Shown: positions 30,645 through 41,038, counted from the stretch's first letter. The stretch: 64,000 bases of DNA from an uncultured Gemmatimonadales bacterium (GCA_963695555.1 CAVOGR010000007.1:795216-859215), one strand, 5' to 3'. Notes: a model not told the origin generated them from the letters alone. Numbers and translations are program-made.

Positions 30645-33215
30645 ATGAAACAGGAGCCGAGAGACCTGCGGGCCACGGCGCGCGCCGGGCTGGTGCTGGT
30701 GTCGAGCATGATCGCTGCCGCCGCCGGGCCCGCCGCGGCCCAGGATGTCGCGGCTCCCGAGGTTCAGCGTGTGACGCCGTCGAGCCGCTATGCCGCGAGC
30801 GGCGCCCATCGGTTCTTCTTCGGCACCGACTACCGGCAGCTCTGGACGATGCCGATAGCGGTGGACGTGCTCGACCTCCGCACCTACGCCGGCGGACTCA
30901 CACCGGTTGGGACCGGCGGTGGGCAGCAGACAGAGGCCCTTCGTTTCGTCTCGACCGATGGCCGGCCCTTCACGTTCCGCTCGCTCGACAAGGACCCATC
31001 CGCGGTCCTCCCGCCCGATCTCCAGGACACCTTCGCGGCGCGCCTGGTGCAAGACCAGGTGAGCTCGGCCTATCCGACCGCGCCGCTCGTGGTGGACCGG
31101 ATCCTGGATGCGGCCGCCGTGCTGCACTCGAAACCCCGCATCGTGGTGCTGCCCGACGACGATCGCTTGGGTGAGTATCGCGCGCAATTTGCCGGGCGGC
31201 TGGGGACGCTCGAGCAATGGCCCAACGCGCCGGGCGACGCGCCGGCATTTGCCGGTGCGGCGGAGATCGTGAGCACCGATGACCTGTTCGAGCGACTGGA
31301 GACGGACCCCGCCAACCGGGTCGATGTCCGAGCGTACCTGACGGCGCGGCTGGTGGATGTCCTCATCGGCGACTGGGACCGCCACCGCGGGCAATGGCGG
31401 TGGGCCCGGTTCCCGGGGGAGCCCAACGTGTGGGTCCCGATTCCCGAGGATCGCGATCAGGCGTTCGCCCGCTTCGACGGCCTGTTCCTTCACCTGGCGC
31501 GGGTGCACGCACCGCAACTCGTCAAGTTCGGGAAAACGATCCCGGGAATGCTGGGTATGGCATGGAACGGCCGTGATGTCGACCGCCGCCTCCTGGCCGG
31601 ACTCGAGCACCCGGCGTGGGATTCCGTGACTGCCGCGTTGGTGGCCCGCATCACCGACAGCGCGATCGACTCGGCGGTGCGCATGCTGCCCGATGCGCAC
31701 TATGAACTCAATGGGGCCTGGCTCGCGGCAACACTCAAACAGCGGCGCGACGCGCTGCCGGCTGCCGCGGTGGCTTTCTTCCGCCACCTCGCGGGCGAAG
31801 TGGATGTCCTGGCCAGCACCCAGGACGATTCAGTCCACGTGATCCGGCGGCGCGACACGCTGGAGCTGTCCATCGTGCCCCGCGGAACTGGTGCCGTGCC
31901 GTATTATCGACGGCGATTCACTTCTTCCGCCACCAGTGAAGTGCGCCTGTACCTCATGGGGGGCGACGATCGTGTCGCGGTCGACGGAGATGGCAATGCG
32001 GGTGTCCTCTTCCGGGTCGTGAGCGGCACAGGCGATGACCGTGTCACCGACGATTCGCGCACTGGCGGCACTCGCGCGTACGACTCGCGTGCGGCCGGCG
32101 GCGTTCCGGACAGCCGGGGCGTGTCGGTCGACCGGCGACCGTACACCCCACCCGAGGTGCCGGAGGGCATGGTCCCGCCCCGGGATTGGGGCACACGGTG
32201 GTATCCGCTCACCACGGTCAGCTTCGCGCGCGACGTGGGTATGCTCGTGGGAGGCGGGTTCATCTTCCAGCGCCACGGCTTTCGTACGTATCCGTACAAG
32301 CGCCAACACACCTTCCGCGCGGGCTACGCCACGGAAGCACAGACGTTTCGCGCCGAGTACGTCGCCGACTTTCGGCGAATGAATTCCGGGGTCAGCGCAA
32401 CGTTTCGTACGCTCGCGTCGGGAATCGAGATTCTCCAGTTCCACGGTTTCGGCAACGAAACCTCTATCATCGACGACGATGATTTTTACCGGGTGAAGCA
32501 AGAGCAGTACATCATCGAGCCCACCCTGCACGTGCCGCTGGCACACAACCTGGTGTTCTCGGTCGGTCCGACGCTCAAGTACCTCTCCAGCGACCTCGAC
32601 CCCACACGACTGATCGGCCAGGCGCGCCCGTACGGATCGGACAATTTCGGCCAGGTGGGCGGCCATGCAGATCTGACGCTCGATTTGCGCGACCAACCCA
32701 GAGCACCGCGGAGCGGCATCTTCATGCAGGCCGGGGGGAGTTACTACCCATCGGCCTGGGACGTCGACAGCGGGGCCTTCGGCGAAGTGCACGGCGAAGT
32801 AGCGACCTACCTCACGGCGCCCATGCCGCTCCAGCCGACGCTGGCGCTCCGGGTCGGCGGGAAGAAGGTTTGGGGCACCTTCCCGTTCCATGAGGCGGCC
32901 TTCATCGGCGGCGAGTCGACCGTGCGCGGCTTTCATGAGCAGCGCTTTGCCGGCGACGCATCGCTCTACGGCAACGCCGAGCTCCGGCTCTTCCTCTCCA
33001 AGTTCTTCGTGCTGTTGCCGGGGGAATTCGGCGTCTTCGGCCTGGGGGATGTCGGGCGGGTGTACCTCGACGGCGAGACGTCCGACAAGTGGCATCGCGC
33101 CTTTGGTGGTGGGATCTGGTTCGCCTACCTCAACCGGCGGAACACCCTCAGCGTGGCCATTGCCGACAGTGACGAGCGTACCGGAGTGTACGTCCGGGCA
33201 GGGTTCATGTTCTGA
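30645..33215 (+). CDS. Omp85/BamA-TamA family outer-membrane protein with N-terminal kinase-like domain
   Basis: Signal peptide; GGGQQT, IGDWDRH, EDRDQAF; C-terminal barrel with VRGF motif and terminal Phe. Confidence 0.8.
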   Translation: MKQEPRDLRATARAGLVLVSSMIAAAAGPAAAQDVAAPEVQRVTPSSRYAASGAHRFFFGTDYRQLWTMPIAVDVLDLRTYAGGLTPVGTGGGQQTEALRFVSTDGRPFTFRSLDKDPSAVLPPDLQDTFAARLVQDQVSSAYPTAPLVVDRILDAAAVLHSKPRIVVLPDDDRLGEYRAQFAGRLGTLEQWPNAPGDAPAFAGAAEIVSTDDLFERLETDPANRVDVRAYLTARLVDVLIGDWDRHRGQWRWARFPGEPNVWVPIPEDRDQAFARFDGLFLHLARVHAPQLVKFGKTIPGMLGMAWNGRDVDRRLLAGLEHPAWDSVTAALVARITDSAIDSAVRMLPDAHYELNGAWLAATLKQRRDALPAAAVAFFRHLAGEVDVLASTQDDSVHVIRRRDTLELSIVPRGTGAVPYYRRRFTSSATSEVRLYLMGGDDRVAVDGDGNAGVLFRVVSGTGDDRVTDDSRTGGTRAYDSRAAGGVPDSRGVSVDRRPYTPPEVPEGMVPPRDWGTRWYPLTTVSFARDVGMLVGGGFIFQRHGFRTYPYKRQHTFRAGYATEAQTFRAEYVADFRRMNSGVSATFRTLASGIEILQFHGFGNETSIIDDDDFYRVKQEQYIIEPTLHVPLAHNLVFSVGPTLKYLSSDLDPTRLIGQARPYGSDNFGQVGGHADLTLDLRDQPRAPRSGIFMQAGGSYYPSAWDVDSGAFGEVHGEVATYLTAPMPLQPTLALRVGGKKVWGTFPFHEAAFIGGESTVRGFHEQRFAGDASLYGNAELRLFLSKFFVLLPGEFGVFGLGDVGRVYLDGETSDKWHRAFGGGIWFAYLNRRNTLSVAIADSDERTGVYVRAGFMF

Positions 33216-33227
33216 GCGCAGAGGAGG

Positions 33228-33509
33228 CTACGGGACGACGCGGATGCCCTTCCAGAACGCGACGTGGTCCTTGATTTCCGCCGCTGCTGGTTTTGGATCG
33301 GGGTAGTACCACGCGGCGCCGGCATTCACCTGGTCGTCGGTTGCCACGTCGTAGTAGCTCGCCTGCCCCTTCCACGGGCAGGTCGACTGCTTCGCGCTCG
33401 GCCGCAGATACTCGCGCTTGACCGAGTCGGGCGGAAAGTAGTGGTTCCCTTCGACGACCACGGTGGCATCGCTCTCCGCGATGACCACGTCGTTCCACAG
33501 AGCCTTCAT
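33228..33509 (-). CDS. DUF427 domain protein
   Basis: VEGNHYFP, CPWKGQASYY, AAWYYPDP, VAFW. Confidence 0.9.
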   Translation of the reverse strand: MKALWNDVVIAESDATVVVEGNHYFPPDSVKREYLRPSAKQSTCPWKGQASYYDVATDDQVNAGAAWYYPDPKPAAAEIKDHVAFWKGIRVVP

Positions 33510-33594
33510 CGCGTTACCCCTTCAGGTGTAGTTGAAGCAACCCAGCGCGATCGCAGATCGCGAGATGCACGATCGCGCTGGGCCGCCAAAGACA

Positions 33595-34626
33595 TTAGAA
33601 AATCGTGTACTGGATCCCCGCCGTGATGGTCCAGTCCGTTTCGAGTTGCGGGCCGTCCAAGTTCTGGTAGATGGGCACCATGCCCTCGACCGCGAGCCGG
33701 GTGGCCTTGAAGAGGCCGCGCCGGATGTAGACGTTCACGCCGAGGCCTGCATCGACCCGTGATCCGCCACGCAGATCGGGCCGTGCGGTCGGAACCATGA
33801 GCGCGCCCGGTCCCGGCAGGCGCGGATCGGCACCCTCGATATTGCCCCAGGTGGTCCCTTCGATTCGCGCCGAGGCGCTCACCCAATTGTTGAACCGCCG
33901 GGCGCCCCAGAAGGTTCCCGAGAACCGGTCGCCCAGGCTGTAGTCGTTACCGTTGGTGCCGGTGCGGATCGTGGCCGAGGCCTGCCCACCCCACGACCAC
34001 CAGTCGGTCTGACCGAGATAGGTGATCGACGGCAGGAGGTCGAAGGTCCCCGATCCGGTTTGCATCGGATAGGGCAGCAGCGTGTAGCTGGGAGCACTCG
34101 CGGGCGTCACGCCGGTTTCGTCGGTGGCGCCGATGGGTAGAGCGACCAGGGCACCAGCATGCACGCTCTGGTTGCCGAACTTGGCCAATTGAATGAGCCC
34201 GCCGAGCCGCAGGTCGCCCACATTTGCCGACGTGGTGGTGAACGCGACTCCGGTGCGTGTGACATGGTCCATGGATAGGTCCACCACCGGCAGCGTGGCA
34301 ACCAAGGTCACCTGGTCGATCGGTGCGTACATGGCCCCGAACATGTGCATCTGCATGGACATTTGGGTCGGTGCAATCATGAATCGATAGGGTCCGGCCG
34401 CATCGAAGATCTCGGCAATCGAGAGTCGGTCGGTCCCGTCCCGATTCCCCACCATGTCCATGTACATATACCGGTACGACAACATGATCTCGCCCTTTTC
34501 GTGGCCATGGTCGCCCATGACCCCGATCGGGGCATGCCCGTCGGGTCGGCTCGACGTCCACTGTGCCAGAAGACCGGCCGGCGCCAACATGGCGAGGCCG
34601 AGCACGAGTCCCAAGAATCTGCGCAT
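33595..34626 (-). CDS. Outer-membrane beta-barrel transporter with His/Met-rich N-terminus (putative metal uptake)
   Basis: RPDGHAPIGVMGDHGH, MYMDM, MSMQMHM, YPMQTGSG; terminal aromatic residue. Confidence 0.7.
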   Translation of the reverse strand: MRRFLGLVLGLAMLAPAGLLAQWTSSRPDGHAPIGVMGDHGHEKGEIMLSYRYMYMDMVGNRDGTDRLSIAEIFDAAGPYRFMIAPTQMSMQMHMFGAMYAPIDQVTLVATLPVVDLSMDHVTRTGVAFTTTSANVGDLRLGGLIQLAKFGNQSVHAGALVALPIGATDETGVTPASAPSYTLLPYPMQTGSGTFDLLPSITYLGQTDWWSWGGQASATIRTGTNGNDYSLGDRFSGTFWGARRFNNWVSASARIEGTTWGNIEGADPRLPGPGALMVPTARPDLRGGSRVDAGLGVNVYIRRGLFKATRLAVEGMVPIYQNLDGPQLETDWTITAGIQYTIF

Positions 34627-34693
34627 TGTAGAACCTCCACTTCACCGTGTCGAAGTTGGCTGATACCCGCGCAGCGTGCGCGGGCACGATCTG

Positions 34694-35074
34694 TCACATC
34701 AACGCGGGACGAGCGGGAGGAGCAGTGGCAAAGGGAAGGAGAAACGGCGATGGCCCCGCGGCTGGGCGGTCGGGAACGAGGAGGGTAACGCCGAGGCCAG
34801 CCTGGGGTGGTGGCGCGGAGTCGGGGCCGTCGCTTACCAGCCCCGCGTCGAGCACACTGCAGCAGCTCATGCCGATGCACCGGCACTCGTCCTGGGGTTG
34901 ACTCGACGGCCCATGGCCGGCATGGTGACCCGGCGACGACACGGACTCCTGCGACCGGCTCGCACGCGCCAGGCAGCCGTGCCTTCCTTGCGGGACGAGC
35001 ACTCCCACGAGAAGGCACAACGCGAGGGCTGCGGACTTGACAGTCCGGCCGGCGGAGAATGGCATGCGAGTCAT
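34694..35074 (-). CDS. Small exported Cys/His-rich protein (DUF2946-like leader)
   Basis: Signal-like N-terminus, GHHAGH, CRCIGMSCC, C-terminal PFATAPP. Confidence 0.55.
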   Translation of the reverse strand: MTRMPFSAGRTVKSAALALCLLVGVLVPQGRHGCLARASRSQESVSSPGHHAGHGPSSQPQDECRCIGMSCCSVLDAGLVSDGPDSAPPPQAGLGVTLLVPDRPAAGPSPFLLPFATAPPARPALM

Positions 35075-35168
35075 GTGGTTTCCGGGCGTCGAATTCTAAC
35101 CGGCCTCCCACAAGACGCAATCATCTGTCCCGCGGTTTCGAAACGAGGGTGAATCGAGGGGCATTTCG

Positions 35169-36263
35169 TTACTCGGGAAAGCGCGTGCGGTCGATGCCCG
35201 GGATGATCCGGAGGGCGTTCTGGTAGTAGAGTTTCTTTAGCACCTCGTCCGGCAGATCCAGACCATACAACTTCCAAAATGCATGTCGCTTGCGATAGTA
35301 GTCGAAGTACTCGTCCGCCGTCTCGAGCGTACGGAAGTAGACGTGATACTCGTCGGGCGCCCACGCATCTTTGCCAAACAGCACCCGGTCTTGGTATCGG
35401 ATGAACCACTCGCGCGCAAAGCGGGGCTGCCGGCCCAGCTCGGCCAGGACGGCGCCGATCTCGGTATAGACGTTCGGCAACGAATCCATGACGCGCCCCA
35501 ACCGCGCCAGATCGCCACCGAGCCAGCCGAGATGCGCGGCGATGAAGATGGTGTTGCCATGTTTGGCGAACAGCCGGTGCTGCTCGGCGATGAGGCTCTC
35601 CCACAAGGGATAGCGATCGGGCGGGCGGGCCCGATCGGGAAATTGCTCGAGCTCGAGCCACCGCTCGTTCCACCGATCCTTCGGCTCGAAGAACGACCTG
35701 GGCTCGGCCGTATGAATCAGCACCGGAATGCCGAGCGCCGCACACGCCTCCCAAATCGGATCGAAGCGCGGGTCGTCGACCGCAATACGCCTGCCCTGCC
35801 TGTCTTTGAGCGTCATCCCAAAGTTCTTGAAGATCTTGAGCCCCTGGGCCCCGGCCTCGACGTCTCGCGTGAGCTGTCGTGCCGCCCGCTCACCGTAGTC
35901 CGGGGAATCGACGCCGCTGAAATCGAGATTGGCAAACAACACGAAGCGCGAGGGATGGCGACCCTTGAACCGACGCACTCCCTCTATCAAGCGGTCGCCC
36001 TGTCGTCCACTCAAGTTCACCAACACCGCCATGTTCAGCCGATCCATCTCGGCGACGAGGCCATCGATGTCTGCTGACGGCAAGTCGAGACGGTGATGGC
36101 TGTGCACGTCGACGAAGGGATACTTGGCCCTGGTGACCGAATGCTCCGGCACCACCAGGGTCGAGCGGGGCTCGTAGTCCTCGATGGTCATCGAGCGAGA
36201 CTGACAGGACGCGACCGCCGGCAGCGCCACGAGCGTCAGGCCAAGGAGCAGGTCCCGCCTCAC
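35169..36263 (-). CDS. Amidohydrolase family protein (exported)
   Basis: DVHSH, GLKIFK, VLIHTA, AAHLG, LFGKD. Confidence 0.85.
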   Translation of the reverse strand: MRRDLLLGLTLVALPAVASCQSRSMTIEDYEPRSTLVVPEHSVTRAKYPFVDVHSHHRLDLPSADIDGLVAEMDRLNMAVLVNLSGRQGDRLIEGVRRFKGRHPSRFVLFANLDFSGVDSPDYGERAARQLTRDVEAGAQGLKIFKNFGMTLKDRQGRRIAVDDPRFDPIWEACAALGIPVLIHTAEPRSFFEPKDRWNERWLELEQFPDRARPPDRYPLWESLIAEQHRLFAKHGNTIFIAAHLGWLGGDLARLGRVMDSLPNVYTEIGAVLAELGRQPRFAREWFIRYQDRVLFGKDAWAPDEYHVYFRTLETADEYFDYYRKRHAFWKLYGLDLPDEVLKKLYYQNALRIIPGIDRTRFPE

Positions 36264-36775
36264 AGATCCTCCCTGACTAGTTCGATGTCGTCCACCCACA
36301 CGGTGCCGGTCCCGTCGACCACGATGTTGAGCTGCACCAGATCGGGTGTCTGTCCCGCCTGGAGAATGAACGGCGCCTGGAGCGTGGTCCAGCCAACCGT
36401 GCCGGACAATGCTTGGTCCAGCGCGCGCGAGAAATACTCGCCCTTGCCCGGGAACCGGCACCACATCTCCAGGAACACGCGCCCGGTGACGTTCTCGGTC
36501 CGCACCCGGGCCCGATAGACCAGGCGGGCTTCTTCGATGTCGATGCTGTCCACGTCGTAGAGTCGTACCGTTACCGGTTCCCCGGCCACGATCCTGACCG
36601 ATCCGTTGCCGTCACTCGATGTGGTCGCATCGAAGGCCACGCCGGACTGCGCGATGATGCCGGTGAGATCGTCCATCGGAAAATGCCGCAACGTGGGATC
36701 GCGGAAGGTTCCCGACGAACATCCGAGGCCGAGCGCGGCCGAAGCCAGCACGACGTGCCGCAAGGACTGAAACAT
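36260..36775 (-). CDS. Hypothetical lipoprotein (beta-sandwich-like)
   Basis: LGLGC lipobox; FLEMWC, GTGTVWVDDIEL; stop overlaps the next start. Confidence 0.65.
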   Translation of the reverse strand: MFQSLRHVVLASAALGLGCSSGTFRDPTLRHFPMDDLTGIIAQSGVAFDATTSSDGNGSVRIVAGEPVTVRLYDVDSIDIEEARLVYRARVRTENVTGRVFLEMWCRFPGKGEYFSRALDQALSGTVGWTTLQAPFILQAGQTPDLVQLNIVVDGTGTVWVDDIELVREDL

Positions 36776-36789
36776 GGATGCTCTCACGG

Positions 36790-38709
36790 TTAGGGAGTCA
36801 ACGGGTTCCGCTGATACTTAGTGACCCAGAGTCCGGAGTGCAGGTCCGACGAGAAGATATTGCCCTTGAAGACCTGCGCGCCCCAGGCCATCGGCCAGTT
36901 CGGCACGGTCGTGTGCTCGTCCGTTGTGAGCAGCATGCCGACTTCCCGGCCCTGCTGGTACAGGTCGCCCCGCAGCTCGCCCGAGATGTCGACCACTCGA
37001 AGGCCGCCTTGGTAGTAACCCACGTACAGGAGATCACCTTCGGCCCACAGGTTGTGCGCCCCGGCCTCGGGAACTTCGTAGCGCGCCACCTCGACCGGCT
37101 GCTCCGGGTCGGCGTAGTCCAGCACGTGGATATACCCACGGGCGTCGATCCGCCGATCGGCATCGCCGTTCCAGTCGCTGGGATAGATCTCGTCGCCCAC
37201 GAACAGATACCGCCCCTGGCGCCACGCGGTGTGGGTGTTGCCCGGCACCGGGTAACGGTATTGGCTCACCAAGGTCGGCGCGGCCGGCGTGCCGCCATGG
37301 GTGCCGGCGCCGGCGTCCAGCATGACCAACCCATCGTTCCAGTAGGACAGGTAGGCGTAGCCGTCGTGCACGTACACGTCGTGTAGCACCTTGCGTTGCT
37401 TGGGTAGGCCCCAGCGGCCAACCTCGCGCGGTGCGCGCGGGTCCGAGATGTCGATGATATGGATGTCGCCGGTGCCGTTGTGGGCGGCATAGACCAGATC
37501 GTGATCGCCGAGGATCCACACGTTGTGCACCCCGCCGGTGACGGTCTCGGTGTACTCGGAAAGCACCGACGGATGGGCGGGCACCGACAGGTCTAACAGC
37601 ACGATGCCGTTCCGGCGGGTCGACGCGCCCTCCCGCGTCGCCACGGAGAGCCGGTTGTTCGGGTGGATCTTCACGTCGTTGATGCGACGGGCATCCATCT
37701 GAACCGAATCCGTGAGCGTGGGATGCGTCGGATCGCTGACGTCCCAGACCTTGAGCCAATCGTACATGTAGGTGCCGATATAGACGTAGTCACGGCCGTC
37801 GACGCCCTCGAATGCCCACATGTCCCCGGTATGATGGCGGCTCTCGGGGCCACGCCCGACGAGGATCACTTTCCCGGGCACGGGGCGAGCCTCCACGTGA
37901 ATGATCTGACTCGCCGTGGCTCCCTCACCCACCAGCGCCACCACCCGGTAGGTGCCGGGCCGCTCGGCCACGAACACGCCTTCCGCTCCGTCCGCCTCGA
38001 CCGTCGCCCCGCTTCCCGCAACCGACCACTCCGGATAGAAACCGGAGATCTCGGCATCGCTCGCGGAGCGTCCGGCCACGGTGAATCGCGCGACGTCTCC
38101 GGTGCGGATGATCCCGACTTCGGGCAGGATGGTGTACTCGACAGCCGGGTTCGGGACCACCCTCACCTCGAGCCGTGCCGTCTGATTGCCGGCCCGAGCC
38201 GTGAGCTGCGCCCGGCCGGGGCGTCGCGCGTAGACACGGCCCCCGGCGTCCACCGTGGCCACATCCGGCTGTTCACTCCGGAAGGTGATCGGCACGGACA
38301 CCGTGTCCCCCAAGCGGGTGATGGCAGCCACCACGAGCGGCGCGCTTGTGCCGGCGCGAAGTTCGCCGCCGCCTTCGAGCGAGAGCGCCACCTCCGACGG
38401 AGGAAGCTCCGAGACTGTCACCGTGGCCGTGGCCATTGGCGCGTCGCCCACATGGACCATGACCCGCACGGTGCCAGGCCGCTCAGCCCGGACCACACCC
38501 GCCGAGTCCACCGTCACGATGTCCGGATCGAGCGAAAACCACCGGACCGGCCCGCTCGCCGGCCGGCCGAGGGAATCGGTGGCTTCGACCCGGAGATGGT
38601 GGGTGGCGCCGACAGCGAGCTGAATCGCGTCGGGTCGTATGACGACGCGCGACGCGGCGGCCTGGCCCTGCAGCGCGCCGAGCAGGATGGTGCCAGTCAG
38701 AAGCAACAT
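36790..38709 (-). CDS. Secreted Ig-like (Big_2) plus LVIVD-repeat protein
   Basis: WFSLDPDIVTVD and SEQPDVATVD Ig motifs; repeated VWDVSDP, LLDLSVP, IIDISDP, VVDIS. Confidence 0.8.
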   Translation of the reverse strand: MLLLTGTILLGALQGQAAASRVVIRPDAIQLAVGATHHLRVEATDSLGRPASGPVRWFSLDPDIVTVDSAGVVRAERPGTVRVMVHVGDAPMATATVTVSELPPSEVALSLEGGGELRAGTSAPLVVAAITRLGDTVSVPITFRSEQPDVATVDAGGRVYARRPGRAQLTARAGNQTARLEVRVVPNPAVEYTILPEVGIIRTGDVARFTVAGRSASDAEISGFYPEWSVAGSGATVEADGAEGVFVAERPGTYRVVALVGEGATASQIIHVEARPVPGKVILVGRGPESRHHTGDMWAFEGVDGRDYVYIGTYMYDWLKVWDVSDPTHPTLTDSVQMDARRINDVKIHPNNRLSVATREGASTRRNGIVLLDLSVPAHPSVLSEYTETVTGGVHNVWILGDHDLVYAAHNGTGDIHIIDISDPRAPREVGRWGLPKQRKVLHDVYVHDGYAYLSYWNDGLVMLDAGAGTHGGTPAAPTLVSQYRYPVPGNTHTAWRQGRYLFVGDEIYPSDWNGDADRRIDARGYIHVLDYADPEQPVEVARYEVPEAGAHNLWAEGDLLYVGYYQGGLRVVDISGELRGDLYQQGREVGMLLTTDEHTTVPNWPMAWGAQVFKGNIFSSDLHSGLWVTKYQRNPLTP

Positions 38710-38746
38710 GAAGCGGTCTCCGGCAGGGGGAAGACAGACCCGCGCG

Positions 38747-39211
38747 TCAGCGGGGCCGGTCGGGATGTGTCAGGTCGAGATCAAAGCAGTCGGCCGCAGC
38801 CCGCAACAGCTCGGCGGTGGTTCGGACGCCGCGGAGGATGCACGGCGCTCGGCTGGGCTCGACAAAATAGTACATCACCTGAACTGAGTCGGGTGGGGCC
38901 GCATAGGCGGCGGTGCCCGACTCGCTCTCGAGCCTGAGCTCGGGAGCATACCATTCGTAGAGCGCGATGCCTGCACGTGTCAACTCGCCGCGAGCCCCAT
39001 CGAGATGCGATTGGAAATCATGCAGCAACCGCCCCGCCTGCTCGTCCGTTTCGAGCTGATCGTTCGACACCGCCGGAAATGCCGCCACGACGGTCGGGCC
39101 GCGTACGGCTACACCGCGGCCGTCGCGCGTCGTTTGGCCGCAGCCCCCAATCGCACTGGCAAGCAGCAGCGCCGCCAGGCTCCCGCGAAACATGATGGTC
39201 GCATCAGACAT
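38747..39211 (-). CDS. Hypothetical lipoprotein
   Basis: AIGGC lipobox; lies in a co-directional run of genes. Confidence 0.6.
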   Translation of the reverse strand: MSDATIMFRGSLAALLLASAIGGCGQTTRDGRGVAVRGPTVVAAFPAVSNDQLETDEQAGRLLHDFQSHLDGARGELTRAGIALYEWYAPELRLESESGTAAYAAPPDSVQVMYYFVEPSRAPCILRGVRTTAELLRAAADCFDLDLTHPDRPR

Positions 39212-40274
39212 TCACGTATTTCCGCATTGCGAGCGACACTTTCTCCAAGACCTGCTCGGCGGTGACGCGCTTCATCCCATCGCGGTACACAGGCGAGATG
39301 GGGTAATCCTCGCCGGGATACATGGCGTAGCCGTCGACGACCAGATCTTCCCATATCCGGTACGGGCCCGACCGCTTCGGGTTGGTATAGCCGAAGAGGC
39401 TCACCGCCGGCGTGCCGAGCGCGCGCCCGATGTGGAGCGGCCCGGTGTCGGGCGCGATGAGGAGCGCGCTTCCGCCGATGAGCCAGGTGAGTCTCCGGAG
39501 GTCGCCGCCCAGCATGTCGACCACGTCGGCCTTGGTGGTCGCAATGATCTCGTCGGCGATGCGGCGTTCGACTACCGAGGGTCCGCCGACGATGACGGGC
39601 CGGAGACCGTGCACGCGATCCACCTCGTCGAGCACGCGCGCATACCCGGCGGGCGTCCAGTTCTTCTCCAGCTTACTCGTCCCGACCACCACCGCACATG
39701 CGGGGCGGTCGAGCTGGTCGAAGAATTGCTGCTGCGCCGCCCGTTCCTCCTCGGTGAAGCGGATGTTCCACGTAACCGGATCGGGGTCGACACCGAGAAA
39801 ACGCAAAAATTCGAAGTACTGGTCCTGCACGTGTTGCTGGGCGTGGGGCGGGATGCGCCGGTTAGTGAAGAGCCATTGCGCGTCGCGGGCGCGCGCGCGA
39901 TCGAAGCCGAGCTTGACCGGGGCCGGGGTGAGTGCCGTGATGAGCCCCGCTTTCAAGTACACCTGGAGTCCTAGCAGCAGATCGAACCGGCGTCCTCGCA
40001 TCGTGCGTCTGAGCTCGCCGAAGCCGGTGAGTGCCGAAAGCCCGCGCCGCCGCTGGAACAGGATGAACTCGTCGATCGCCGGGTGATCCTTTACCAGTGT
40101 GTGAGCCACCGGTTGGATGATCCAGGTGATCCGCGAGCCCGGCCAGGCCCGCTTGAGAGCGTTCGCCACGGGCAGGACGTGGACCGCGTCGCCGATTGCG
40201 CTCAGCATGACGATGCAGATCTCTCGGGGCGGCGGCCCGCTCCATCCCGGGGCGTCCCACTGATCCGCGCTCAT
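39204..40274 (-). CDS. Glycosyltransferase family 9 (LPS heptosyltransferase-like)
   Basis: MLSAIGDAVH, APDTGPLHI, LFGYTNP. Confidence 0.9.
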   Translation of the reverse strand: MSADQWDAPGWSGPPPREICIVMLSAIGDAVHVLPVANALKRAWPGSRITWIIQPVAHTLVKDHPAIDEFILFQRRRGLSALTGFGELRRTMRGRRFDLLLGLQVYLKAGLITALTPAPVKLGFDRARARDAQWLFTNRRIPPHAQQHVQDQYFEFLRFLGVDPDPVTWNIRFTEEERAAQQQFFDQLDRPACAVVVGTSKLEKNWTPAGYARVLDEVDRVHGLRPVIVGGPSVVERRIADEIIATTKADVVDMLGGDLRRLTWLIGGSALLIAPDTGPLHIGRALGTPAVSLFGYTNPKRSGPYRIWEDLVVDGYAMYPGEDYPISPVYRDGMKRVTAEQVLEKVSLAMRKYVNV

Positions 40275-41038
40275 GCCGTGTGCTCGAATGCGACTCTGAG
40301 CGCAGACCACTCCGCTTCCGACAGCGGGCGACCGGACGAAGCGCCCAGCTTGCGAAGCGACCGGTCGAGCCGGTCCAGCATCGACCTACCCAGCGCAACT
40401 CCCGGCGTCTCGGACATGGTCGCGCGGTCGAGATCAATCACGGAGGCTTTCGGCGCCTCGGTGTCCCAACCCAACAGGACGTTCATCGCGTTCAGGTCGG
40501 CGTGCCGGAGGCCCTTCTCGCCAAGCTCGCGGACCAGTCGTCCGGCGGCCGCGAGAGCCCGGATCCGCTGTGGACTCCGTTGACTCGCAAAGAGCGCATC
40601 GGCGAGACTGGTCGCGTCGGGAATCAGCTCGGTCACCAGGTCGGCCCGGTAGAAGAGGCCGGCCGGATACCACGCGCCAGCGATCACGGCAGGGGTCGGG
40701 ATCGTTCGGGCGCGCGCCTCACAACTCGCCCGGATTTCCAATTCGGGGCGGGTGGGTCCGCCCGCCAGATACCGGTCGCCGAGGAAGGAGGCCACCGCAC
40801 CACCCCGATGGTAGTGGCGCACCGCCCAGCGGGCTCGACGGTCCGGGCCTCCGACCGGTGCTTCGACCGCGTAGACCGTACCCCGCCCCGAAAGGGTCCG
40901 ACGCCGGGGCTGATTGCTCGCCCAACCATACAGCGTGAGCCCCGCGGCCAAGATCTGCTCCAGCCAGTCGGTTGCCGCGGCCAAGACCAGCACCTCGCCG
41001 GACTTCGATGACCGACGCTCATACGCGGGAGGCGTCAC
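40271..41038 (-). CDS. Kdo kinase / LPS kinase (KdkA-like)
   Basis: GRGTVY, VRHYHRGG, YRADLVTE, HADLNAMNVL, IDLDR. Confidence 0.85.
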   Translation of the reverse strand: MTPPAYERRSSKSGEVLVLAAATDWLEQILAAGLTLYGWASNQPRRRTLSGRGTVYAVEAPVGGPDRRARWAVRHYHRGGAVASFLGDRYLAGGPTRPELEIRASCEARARTIPTPAVIAGAWYPAGLFYRADLVTELIPDATSLADALFASQRSPQRIRALAAAGRLVRELGEKGLRHADLNAMNVLLGWDTEAPKASVIDLDRATMSETPGVALGRSMLDRLDRSLRKLGASSGRPLSEAEWSALRVAFEHTA

